NCBI GenBank assembly: GCA_017550305.1 | Contig: JAFZPO010000220.1 | Location: 1-17,415, forward strand | DNA from: Clostridia bacterium | Lineage (GTDB): Bacteria > Bacillota > Clostridia > Christensenellales > Aristaeellaceae | Direction: 5' to 3' | DNA: 17,415 nucleotides | Part shown: positions 8,088 through 15,415 of the stretch, in pieces | Layout of the letters: each line of letters opens with the position of its first letter | Numbering within the stretch: position 1 is the first letter of the stretch | Translations under genes and position numbers: made by a program | The notes under the pieces: generated by a model | Database searches by the model: none | Told to the model about the DNA's origin: nothing | What the model saw: only the letters and a program-made list of their open reading frames with translations

Positions 8088-8912
8088 TTATTCAGACAAT
8101 TCCGTGTTGACCAGTATCTCGTCCGGCTGGAGTGATATAGATACCGGATCCTTCCAGCTGCGCCGATAATAGATATCATCCATGAGATATTCGCTTATAT
8201 ACTGCTGCATTTCCTCATCACAGAAGGGAATACTGTCGCCGGCACGGTAGATGACCCGGTATTCCTTGTCTGTTCCCTGACGCACCTCGTCGATCGGTCC
8301 ATCCAGTACCAATGAGTAGGAGGTGCCGTCTGAGTAGCCCCGGGCTTCATACAGTTTACCTTCATAGAGATAATAGCCTGTTATTACATGTCTCATGCCG
8401 GTTTTCATACGTTCCGGAATCAGTGAAGAGGATGCGTAGGTATACATGGTCATCCTGCCGTTCTCATCCGGTCCATAGCTGGATGCGATGCCGCCTTTAT
8501 AGCCGATGTCGGTCCCGTCAAAGTCATAATCAATGAATACATAACCATCTGCCGTCTGCTGAAGCGACACATCATACAGCTTCAATGGGAGCGGATGACT
8601 CTTGTCAGCCCAGAGACCGACATAGAGGCCCGAGAGAATAACAACAGCGGCAATTATGATCAGCGCGGTCAGAAGAACGGTTTTCCGCGTGCGGGTATGC
8701 ATAAAGCGCCGGAAACCAATCAGCGGCTGTTCTGAGTTCGGCACCGGAGTGGTGACAGACGTCCTCATTTCTTCATAGAGCAGGCGGCATTTTTCGCAGC
8801 CCTGAATATGCTCGGTAATAAAATCCCGGCTTTCTTCACTGCAGACACCATCCAGCTGCAGCGGCATTAAGTCCTGCGCAATGGCACAGGCACGGTTTTT
8901 GATCTCACTCAT
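8088..8912 (-). CDS. Anti-sigma factor (zf-HC2 type), single-pass membrane protein with uncharacterised extracytoplasmic domain
   Basis: The N-terminus contains H-x3-C-x2-C (EHIQGCEKC). One TM helix follows (VLLTALIIIAAVVILSGLYVGLW), then about 170 aa of Tyr/Gly/Asp-rich C-terminal domain. GGAGGA lies 5 nt upstream of the ATG. The gene overlaps the upstream sigma gene by 8 nt. Confidence 0.8.
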   Translation of the reverse strand: MSEIKNRACAIAQDLMPLQLDGVCSEESRDFITEHIQGCEKCRLLYEEMRTSVTTPVPNSEQPLIGFRRFMHTRTRKTVLLTALIIIAAVVILSGLYVGLWADKSHPLPLKLYDVSLQQTADGYVFIDYDFDGTDIGYKGGIASSYGPDENGRMTMYTYASSSLIPERMKTGMRHVITGYYLYEGKLYEARGYSDGTSYSLVLDGPIDEVRQGTDKEYRVIYRAGDSIPFCDEEMQQYISEYLMDDIYYRRSWKDPVSISLQPDEILVNTELSE

Positions 8913-9390
8913 GGCTTTCCTCCATCAGCCGATGCTGAAGCAATACTTTTGCACGATAAAAAGTGATGCGGGACCAGTTCTCGTTTTTGCTGAACAGTGC
9001 ACCGATCTCCGCATGCGAGAGTTCACCGAAAACACGCAGGGAAAATACTTCCTTATAGGGCTCTTCCAGCTCATGCAGAACGCGGTGCACACGCAGTGCC
9101 TGTTCGCGGTCGAGCAGTGCGTCGCTCCAGTCGGGTGACGTCAGTTCCTGTACGTCATCGAGCAGCTGTTCTTTCCGCTGTTTCCGGCAATGATCCATAT
9201 ACAGATTCCGGGCGATACTGCACAGATAAGTAACAATAGAACACCGTCCGTCAAACCGGTCGGCGGATTTCATAGCGCGCAGGAATGTCTCCTGTGTCAG
9301 ATCCTCAGCCAGATCATTGTTCCGGCTGAGCCCGAGCAGGAAACGGTATACACGCTCATAATATGCAGCATAAATGCCTGCAGAATCCAT
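8905..9390 (-). CDS. ECF-type RNA polymerase sigma-70 family factor
   Basis: Region 2 is recognisable (YERVYRFLLGLSRNNDLAEDLTQETFLRAMKS...FDGRCSIVTYLCSIARNLYMDHCRK). So is region 4 (EVFSLRVFGELSHAEIGALF...TFYRAKVLL). I prefer ATG 9390, with GGAGGG (9402-9397) 6 nt upstream, over the listed ATG 9408. ATG 9408 has no SD and lies at or upstream of the predicted ECF-promoter TSS. Confidence 0.9.
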   Translation of the reverse strand: MDSAGIYAAYYERVYRFLLGLSRNNDLAEDLTQETFLRAMKSADRFDGRCSIVTYLCSIARNLYMDHCRKQRKEQLLDDVQELTSPDWSDALLDREQALRVHRVLHELEEPYKEVFSLRVFGELSHAEIGALFSKNENWSRITFYRAKVLLQHRLMEESHE

Positions 9391-9414
9391 GCTTTTCCCT
9401 CCTCTCATCTATTA

Positions 9415-9440
9415 GACGGAGGAAAACCAGTTTCGTTACA
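9415..9440 (-). promoter_or_regulatory. ECF-type promoter (TGTAAC-N16-CGTC) directly upstream of the sigma gene
   Basis: On the minus strand: TGTAAC (9440-9435), 16-nt spacer, CGTCTAA (CGTC at 9418-9415). It carries the AAC / CGT signature typical of ECF sigma promoters. It sits in the 35-nt gap after the tgpA-like stop (9444). Confidence 0.5.
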
Positions 9441-9443
9441 AAA

Positions 9444-11723
9444 TCAGATGATCTTCTTGAAAGTAAATGCACGGCGAAGGGCAAGGATCAGTTTCTGGAA
9501 CCCGGAGAGCTGTTCGTCAAGCACTGACAGCGTAGCCCGGGAAGCGGCAAGCGCATGATCATCCGGCAGGTGCCGGCCGTAGCGCAGCGCGCTGACAGCT
9601 GTCGCGGTATCCTGCAGATGCAGACCCATTTCCGATTCGGCACGCGCGGCAAAGGAGAGCGGCGTTTCTTCGGCATGCATGGGCAGCTTGAGCGCCGCGG
9701 CATCCTCCAGGATCGCCTGCCACAGGATGAGTAATGCGTGATCGCGCTTGGCTTTTGCGGCACGGCGCAGCGGTGCTGTGGCACGGATCCGCGCGGCAAG
9801 CAGACAGAGCAGGATGAGCAGAAGCAGCCAGAGATAGGAATAAGGCGGTGTCTTTTTGCTTTCAGGCGGTGTAGGAGGCTCTTCCTGCTGATCCGGTTCA
9901 GGAGGCGGAGTGGGTGTCGTCTCATCCTGGGTCCCATCCTGGGGAGAAGGCGTATCGGACGGCTGCGGGGAAGGCGTGCTTGACGGGGCATTGCTTGGCA
10001 TTTCCTCGGGTGGCGGCGGGGTGGGCGTTGCACCGCCGGAAGGCTGGACGCTTCCGCTCTGGTCCCTGTCGCCGTGCCCTGGTGTGGGATCAAAGGTGAC
10101 CCAGCCAAGACCGTTCAGATAGACCTCCGTCCAGGCGTGCGCGTTCTCACCGCGCACGGTCGTTACGCCTCCGGCTTCCGGACGCACCAGGTAACCTTCC
10201 ACATAGCGTGCCGGAAGCCCGGCTGCACGGCAGAGCACGGTCATGGCGCTCGCAAAGTATGTGCAGTATCCCTGCTTTTCAGCAAGAAGGAACCAGGCGA
10301 CAAAATCGACGTCCTGCGGCGGTGTCTGGACATTTAGGGTATATGTGTAGTTGGCCTGCAGATAATTGCGCAGGGCAACAGCTTCATCCCACGCGGTAGT
10401 GCAGCCTGCGGTCGCTTCGGTGGCCAGATCAAATACCTCCTGCTGAATATGCGTAGGAAGGCTCAGATACTGCTCTGCGGCCTGTGCCGCGGCAGGATCA
10501 TTGACGGAAGCATTCTGCGCGGCCAGTGCTGCCATTCCGGTATCCGTTGCATTGACGGAAACATAGCGGACGGTATAGCTGTCTCCGGCGGCAGCATTGC
10601 GGGTAATAAAGACTTCGCTGGCAACATTGAAATACGGAAGGATGCTTTCATCCACTGTCAGTTCACGCAGACGCTGAGGTACGAAAAGCGTACTTGCACC
10701 CGGAGAGAGAAAACGTACCATTACTTCTTTTTCGGACAGTGTCCCGCTCAGGGGATAGGTGGTCTGGAAAAGTGAATTACGGCGTTCGCGCTGCGGCATG
10801 GAATTCCAGTAATAGCGCTGCGCACTGATCGAGTCATACCATGCGGCACCCGAGTATGTGTCGAGGATCGCACCGCGAAGATAGACGGTTTCCTGAGTTT
10901 CCACTTCGAGCAGCGGATACTTGAGCGGATCAGGCCTGCCGCCAAGACGGTGTTCGCCCTGTGGCATCCAGCCGTCAGCTGCCAGTGTATAGCGCGCACG
11001 TTCCTGAGTAAAGAAGAAGCGCGCTTCGATGCGGTCGCGAAGAGTCTCATTGAACTCGGCGAGCATAGGCGACTGCGTGCCCTCCGGCGGCGCAAGGAGC
11101 ATTGAAACAGCAAGCAGCACGGCGGCGACAGGCAGTACTAGGAGCGGCAGGCGTGCCTGGCGCGGGTCCTCTGTATCGGATGTTTCAAAGTGATGTGTAA
11201 ACGCATACAGCAACAGGATCGCCGGCAGTGCCGGGAGCAGATACGGCGCACCTTTCCGCATCCCTGTCAGCCAGACTGCATAAAAGACGCAGACAGCTGC
11301 CATGAACGCTGGCAGTACGCCGTCTTCAGGCGATGTCAGCAGCCAGGCGATGAGGCCTGCGGCACAGGCAATAAATCGTGCGGCGATATCCCCGTGCAGC
11401 ATGAGTGCCACGGACTGCCCCTGAATGAGTAAAACGATGTCCTTAAACAAGAGCACTGCATCCGCGACCGGCCCGGTACGGCGAAGAGCGTACAGTACGC
11501 CCGATACAGTTGCGGCAATGACCAGTGCAATACCGAACAGCCTGCGGCGCAGGCTCAGCACGGCACATACGAGGATCACTGCAGTAGTGATCAGCAGGAA
11601 CCTCAGCAGGAGAAAGCCCTGTCCGATACCGAACAGGAACGGCAGGCCGATTCCGGCCGCCAGAAGAAGCGCGATCAGTGTGCGCAGCAGTGCGCAGCGC
11701 AGGCGGTCATGCAGGCTGGACAT
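9444..11723 (-). CDS. TgpA-like transglutaminase-domain membrane protein (N-terminal polytopic region, periplasmic/extracytoplasmic TGase core, Pro-rich spacer, TM, DUF4129-like tail)
   Basis: The Cys-His-Asp core is intact: EKQGYCTYFASAM (Cys), ENAHAWTEVY (His) and WVTFDPTP (Asp). The N-terminal ~230 aa carry multiple hydrophobic helices. A P/S/T/E-rich stretch precedes helix YLWLLLLILLCLLAA. The C-terminal tail resembles DUF4129 (ILWQAILEDAA...ALRYGRH). I prefer ATG 11723, with GGAGG (11734-11730) 6 nt upstream, over the listed 11762. Confidence 0.9.
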   Translation of the reverse strand: MSSLHDRLRCALLRTLIALLLAAGIGLPFLFGIGQGFLLLRFLLITTAVILVCAVLSLRRRLFGIALVIAATVSGVLYALRRTGPVADAVLLFKDIVLLIQGQSVALMLHGDIAARFIACAAGLIAWLLTSPEDGVLPAFMAAVCVFYAVWLTGMRKGAPYLLPALPAILLLYAFTHHFETSDTEDPRQARLPLLVLPVAAVLLAVSMLLAPPEGTQSPMLAEFNETLRDRIEARFFFTQERARYTLAADGWMPQGEHRLGGRPDPLKYPLLEVETQETVYLRGAILDTYSGAAWYDSISAQRYYWNSMPQRERRNSLFQTTYPLSGTLSEKEVMVRFLSPGASTLFVPQRLRELTVDESILPYFNVASEVFITRNAAAGDSYTVRYVSVNATDTGMAALAAQNASVNDPAAAQAAEQYLSLPTHIQQEVFDLATEATAGCTTAWDEAVALRNYLQANYTYTLNVQTPPQDVDFVAWFLLAEKQGYCTYFASAMTVLCRAAGLPARYVEGYLVRPEAGGVTTVRGENAHAWTEVYLNGLGWVTFDPTPGHGDRDQSGSVQPSGGATPTPPPPEEMPSNAPSSTPSPQPSDTPSPQDGTQDETTPTPPPEPDQQEEPPTPPESKKTPPYSYLWLLLLILLCLLAARIRATAPLRRAAKAKRDHALLILWQAILEDAAALKLPMHAEETPLSFAARAESEMGLHLQDTATAVSALRYGRHLPDDHALAASRATLSVLDEQLSGFQKLILALRRAFTFKKII

Positions 11724-12855
11724 AACACACCTCCACTGAATGCTGCTGCAGTCTTGCAACATAGGGACGGTCCTGCGGAGAGTCGGGCGTCATTGTAACC
11801 AGACACAGACGCACGGAAGGTCCCGCACGCCGCATCTGGCATACCGCTTCAACGATCTCGGCGGTCAGCTGTGCCGTTACGACTGCTGTTGCACCGGTAC
11901 GCCGCATACGGCGCAGTTCCAGCGCCAGCAGATCGGAAAAATCAGCTGTGCTACTGAATGGGACCAGCGCGAGCCGCTCAGCCAGATGGACCGTATCCAC
12001 TGCTGAAGAAGAAGAGAACTCATCATCGACTTCACCATAAAGCGGCATGATAACGGGATCGCCTGACTTAAGCTGCATCTCGGCGATACTGAGCGCCGTC
12101 TCGCACAGGGCATCACGAAGCGAAGCTGCGGATGATTCTATTGAAGCTGCGAATTGTACTGCAGCGGGATTCATCAGGATCAGCGTATCGGGCGGCGCAG
12201 GCGTCTCAAATTTGCGCACCAGCAGTTCACGCTTACGCGCGCTGAGTTTCCAGTGTACGCGTTTGAGCGGGTCACCATGCCGGTAGGCACGGATATCTTC
12301 TGGACTGGAAAGATCTTCTGCGGCCCGGTTCTGCTGCAGGCCGCCTTCACTGTCGGACAGGAAACGCAGCGGGTCCGTAGTAAAGCTTCGGGGAAGCACG
12401 GTGAGCGGCATCAGCATTTCTTCCGTATTTGCCTTGCTCCGGATCAGCCCGAGAATATCCGTGAAAAGAATCTGCCGCACACCGACAGCGGGCGTTCCCA
12501 CATGACGTGCAGGAAGGTCCGTTCCGAGTGCGGCAGCCTGTTTTTCGAGTGTTGCGGTGTATTCGATAGTCCGTTCATCTGTCTGCACGAAAACGCGCAG
12601 CGGCGAGACCGGCAGCGGGCAGCGGCAGGTCAGCTGAACGGAAAGGTGCACAGCCTCCCCGCGAGGCGTCTGCTGTGCGGAAAGCGTTGATTCAGCAGTG
12701 ATACTGCGGCGGACAAAGAGAACTGTCAGGATTGAATAAGCCAGGGCCAGGGCGGCAAAGATCGCCGCAACATAGCATATGCGCGCACCAAAGGAAAGGC
12801 CCGCATAAAGCGCACCCAGGATGAATACTACTAACGCGCGTCCGCGCGCTGTCAT
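11707..12855 (-). CDS. DUF58 domain protein (divergent vWA-like, MoxR partner)
   Basis: Two N-terminal hydrophobic helices, then the DUF58 signature DIRAYRHGDPLKRVHWKLSARKRELLVRKFETP. There is an ATGA start/stop overlap with moxR (12852-12855) and a 17-nt overlap with the tgpA-like start. Confidence 0.85.
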   Translation of the reverse strand: MTARGRALVVFILGALYAGLSFGARICYVAAIFAALALAYSILTVLFVRRSITAESTLSAQQTPRGEAVHLSVQLTCRCPLPVSPLRVFVQTDERTIEYTATLEKQAAALGTDLPARHVGTPAVGVRQILFTDILGLIRSKANTEEMLMPLTVLPRSFTTDPLRFLSDSEGGLQQNRAAEDLSSPEDIRAYRHGDPLKRVHWKLSARKRELLVRKFETPAPPDTLILMNPAAVQFAASIESSAASLRDALCETALSIAEMQLKSGDPVIMPLYGEVDDEFSSSSAVDTVHLAERLALVPFSSTADFSDLLALELRRMRRTGATAVVTAQLTAEIVEAVCQMRRAGPSVRLCLVTMTPDSPQDRPYVARLQQHSVEVCYVQPA

Positions 12856-13805
12856 GTACGGCTGCCCGGAACGGGCGTAGAGGCGATCAGGGCGGACAGC
12901 AGCTGTTCAACGTTCTGCCGGCGCACGCGCGCTTCGGGCGTCAGGATGAGCCTGTGCGCCAGCACGGGGATCGCCATGCGGCGGATATCATCGGGAAGGA
13001 CATAATCACGTCCACTCAGAACGGCACAGGCCTGGGCAGCACGGACAAGGGCAATGCCCGCACGCGGGGAAGCGCCCAGAACGAGCTGCGGATGTTCGCG
13101 GGTCAGTGCGGTCAGCTTGGCCACATAGGCAAGTGCTTCACGGCTGCAGTAGATCGTGCCGACCTGTTCCTGCATGGCGACCACGTCCTGAGCAGTGCAG
13201 ATGCTCTGCAGCGTAGTGAGCGGAGAGACAGTACCGGAATACCGGGCCAGTACGTCCATTTCTTCCTCAACGGAAGGATAACCGATGCGGATACGCAGGA
13301 AAAAGCGGTCCATCTGCGCCTCAGGAAGCGGATAGGTGCCGACGAAATCGACGGGGTTCTGTGTGGCCAGTACCATGAAGGGCCGGGGCAGCGGATGCGT
13401 GATGCCGTCGACCGTGACCTGGCCTTCTTCCATGACTTCCAGAAGACTGGACTGCGTACGCGGCGAAGTACGGTTGATCTCATCCGCCAGGACGATCTGG
13501 CTCATGACTGCACCGGGCTTGAACTCCATCTGGCCTGTCTGCAGTGAGGGCATGGTAAAGCCCGTGATATCGCTGGGCATAACGTCCGGCGTAAACTGAA
13601 TGCGTTTGAACGAGCAGGAAAGCGAACGCGCCAGTGCAGCGACCAATGTGGTCTTGCCTACGCCCGGCACATCCTCGATCAGAACGTGGCCTTTGGCAAG
13701 CAGGGCAATAAGCGCCAGTTCGATGGCGTCTTCCTTGCCAACAATGACGCGGCGTACGTTCTGCTGAAGGGCATATACGATGGAACGAACCTGTTCTTGC
13801 TGCAT
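12852..13805 (-). CDS. MoxR-family AAA+ ATPase
   Basis: Walker A is EDVPGVGKTTL and Walker B is VLADEINR. The stretch FTPDVMPSDITG...SPRTQSSLLEVMEEGQVTVDG is typical of MoxR. Length is 317 aa. AAGGAG lies 8 nt upstream of the ATG. Confidence 0.93.
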   Translation of the reverse strand: MQQEQVRSIVYALQQNVRRVIVGKEDAIELALIALLAKGHVLIEDVPGVGKTTLVAALARSLSCSFKRIQFTPDVMPSDITGFTMPSLQTGQMEFKPGAVMSQIVLADEINRTSPRTQSSLLEVMEEGQVTVDGITHPLPRPFMVLATQNPVDFVGTYPLPEAQMDRFFLRIRIGYPSVEEEMDVLARYSGTVSPLTTLQSICTAQDVVAMQEQVGTIYCSREALAYVAKLTALTREHPQLVLGASPRAGIALVRAAQACAVLSGRDYVLPDDIRRMAIPVLAHRLILTPEARVRRQNVEQLLSALIASTPVPGSRT

Positions 13806-13839
13806 GTGTGAGGCTCCTTAAAGTCGATTGATCCTGTTC

Positions 13840-13868
13840 AGTATACCGCAAATAATACAGATTCGCAA
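13840..13868 (-). promoter_or_regulatory. Candidate sigmaA-like promoter for the moxR operon
   Basis: On the minus strand: TTGCGA (13868-13863), 17 nt, TATACT (13845-13840). The direct repeat CGCAAATA (13847-13854 and 13864-13871 on the plus strand) overlaps it. Confidence 0.4.
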
Positions 13869-13872
13869 ATAT

Positions 13873-13898
13873 TACGTAAGAGAAGCGCAACAATTACA
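13873..13898 (-). promoter_or_regulatory. ECF-like motif TGTAAT-N16-CGTA upstream of moxR (near-copy of the sigma-gene promoter)
   Basis: On the minus strand: TGTAAT (13898-13893), 16-nt spacer, CGTAAT (CGTA at 13876-13873). It has the same spacing and the same TGTAA / CGT cores as 9415-9440. The conserved AAC is AAT here. Confidence 0.35.
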
Positions 13899-13912
13899 GT
13901 CCATTTTTACAA

Positions 13913-13941
13913 TTGACGAATGGGCTGTGAAAGCATATATT
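13913..13941 (+). promoter_or_regulatory. SigmaA-like promoter for the hydrolase gene
   Basis: TTGACG (13913-13918), 17 nt, TATATT (13936-13941). GGAGGAG at 13971-13977 precedes ATG 13988. Confidence 0.5.
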
Positions 13942-13987
13942 TATAAAAAAGGAAATCAATATGTGATCACGGAGGAGTGAAATACAT

Positions 13988-14899
13988 ATGGAAAAGACGA
14001 TGGATATCCGCGTGGAAGAACCACTCGTACTGCAGACGACAGATTATGTATATGCGCAGAAACCATACTGGTGCCACGGCGGCCTTGCATCGCGGAAACT
14101 GACAGTTCTGCGTCCGCGCTGCCATTTCTCATATGATCCGCCCATGCAGCCGCGTCCGTGCGTGGTATGGGTCTGCGGCGGCGGCTGGACGGAGGTCGAC
14201 CATAATGTCTGGCTGCCTGAGCTGACCTGGCTGGTGAAGGCAGGCTTTGTAGTAGCCAGCGTTGATTATTCGCTGACACCCACATGGTTCTTCCCGGAAC
14301 CGCTCAAGGATATCAAGCTGGCTATCCGCTGGCTGCGTGCACATGCGGATATGCTCGGTATCGATCCGAAACACATGGCAGTGATGGGGGAGAGCGCAGG
14401 TGGACATCTGGCTGCACTGACTGCATTGACAGGCGATCTTGAGCAGTTTGAGACGAATGAATACGCCGACCAGTCGGACGGCGTACAGGCAGCGGTATGC
14501 TATTATCCGTGTGTGGATATGGCGGATTTCGAAGGCCGCGGGGAGCTTGATTCATATGATCAGAAACCGCAGGCACTGCTGCGCGGAAAACTGGAACCGC
14601 AGAGCATTGAAGGCGGCGTTGCAGAAGTACGCAAATATCCTGAGCGCGCAGCGGCCATGGACCCGCGGACATATGTGACGCCTGATGCGCCGCCGTTCCT
14701 GATGATGCACGGCACATGCGACAGCATCGTGCCCATCGTACACAGTGAGCGCCTGTATGCGGCACTGACAGCGGCGGGAGTCGAGGCAGACTTTATCCGC
14801 GTGCAGGATGCAGACCATGCTGATTACCGGTTCTATCAGCAGCCGATGCATGAGGAGATCCTTTCATTCCTGAGAAAGAACCTGTGCACGAAAGCGTAA
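13988..14899 (+). CDS. Alpha/beta hydrolase (esterase/lipase-like, HGGG/GxSxG type), cytoplasmic
   Basis: The oxyanion region is VWVCGGGW and the nucleophile elbow is VMGESAGGH. A candidate acid is in HGTCDSIVP and a candidate His in QDADHADY. No signal peptide. Confidence 0.85.
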   Translation: MEKTMDIRVEEPLVLQTTDYVYAQKPYWCHGGLASRKLTVLRPRCHFSYDPPMQPRPCVVWVCGGGWTEVDHNVWLPELTWLVKAGFVVASVDYSLTPTWFFPEPLKDIKLAIRWLRAHADMLGIDPKHMAVMGESAGGHLAALTALTGDLEQFETNEYADQSDGVQAAVCYYPCVDMADFEGRGELDSYDQKPQALLRGKLEPQSIEGGVAEVRKYPERAAAMDPRTYVTPDAPPFLMMHGTCDSIVPIVHSERLYAALTAAGVEADFIRVQDADHADYRFYQQPMHEEILSFLRKNLCTKA

Positions 14900-14900
14900 A

Positions 14901-15311
14901 TCAGAAGAAAAAGCTTAGGACCAGATAGATCACACAGCAGGCCGTGTCAGCCAGCAGCAGGCAGAGGTCTTTTTCCTGATCTTCGAGCTCTTCAAAAGCG
15001 GGACCCGGCTTTTCGTCGATGTAGTCGATCATATCGCCATACTGCCGTTTGGGTTTCCTGTGCAGATTGACACGCTTCATGAGCGGCTTGGGCAGGGTCA
15101 CCCCGTCCATGCGCAGATACGCGATCCAGGTCAGCGCGGCAAACAGCAGCGCCAGCAGCATAAAAGCAAACCCAAGGAAGCGCGGCGTGTTCTTTCCAAT
15201 TATATAATTCAGGACCAGTATAACGGCCAGTGCGGCAAGAAAACGTACAGAGAACGTATATATGGTGGGACGCAGGAGCGCGTTCCGCCATTTTTCACGC
15301 AGTTTTTTCAC
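14901..15311 (-). CDS. Small hypothetical membrane protein (136 aa, three predicted helices)
   Basis: GTG start at 15311, with GGAGGTG (core 15325-15321) about 8 nt upstream. Two N-terminal helices are present (FLAALAVILVLNYII and FLGFAFMLLALLFAALTWIAYL). A charged loop and a C-terminal hydrophobic tail LLLADTACCVIYLVLSFFF follow. I recognise no family. Coding status rests on SD, length and hydropathy only. Confidence 0.6.
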   Translation of the reverse strand: MKKLREKWRNALLRPTIYTFSVRFLAALAVILVLNYIIGKNTPRFLGFAFMLLALLFAALTWIAYLRMDGVTLPKPLMKRVNLHRKPKRQYGDMIDYIDEKPGPAFEELEDQEKDLCLLLADTACCVIYLVLSFFF

Positions 15312-15331
15312 GCGAAAACACCTCCAGTATC

Positions 15332-15360
15332 ACTATACACGACTCAAATATGAACTGCAA
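15332..15360 (-). promoter_or_regulatory. Candidate sigmaA-like promoter for the small membrane protein gene
   Basis: On the minus strand: TTGCAG (15360-15355), 17 nt, TATAGT (15337-15332). The predicted TSS would fall at or next to the SD, giving a very short leader, so confidence is low. Confidence 0.3.
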
Positions 15361-15415
15361 GAGCAGAAAATGGATTTTTGAGACCAAAAAATTTCAAAAA
15401 TGCCCTTTATGCAAT

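Noticed and set aside
9391-9408. ATG 9408 as the sigma start, and ATG 11762 as the tgpA-like start
   Set aside because: Neither has an SD. In each case an internal ATG (9390 and 11723) sits 6 nt downstream of GGAGG(G). ATG 9408 is also at or before the predicted ECF-promoter TSS.
8088-13805. MoxR-vWA ternary conflict/defence system
   Set aside because: I recognise no effector-type domain (protease, nuclease, caspase-like or death-like adaptor) and no mobile-element context. The architecture matches the classical housekeeping-type MoxR-DUF58-TgpA triad instead.
14994-15014. AAAAGCGGGACCCGGCTTTT hairpin as a bidirectional terminator downstream of the hydrolase
   Set aside because: The GC core is only about 4 bp with a bulge and a 3-nt loop. 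It lies inside the small membrane protein CDS (encoding EKPGPAFE), where it would terminate that gene's own transcript.
15389-15403. CodY-box-like sequence AAATTTCAAAAATGC upstream of the peptide SBP gene
   Set aside because: Only 10 of 15 positions match AATTTTCWGAAAATT, in an A/T-rich stretch where such matches arise by chance. It lies about 65 nt upstream of the -35.
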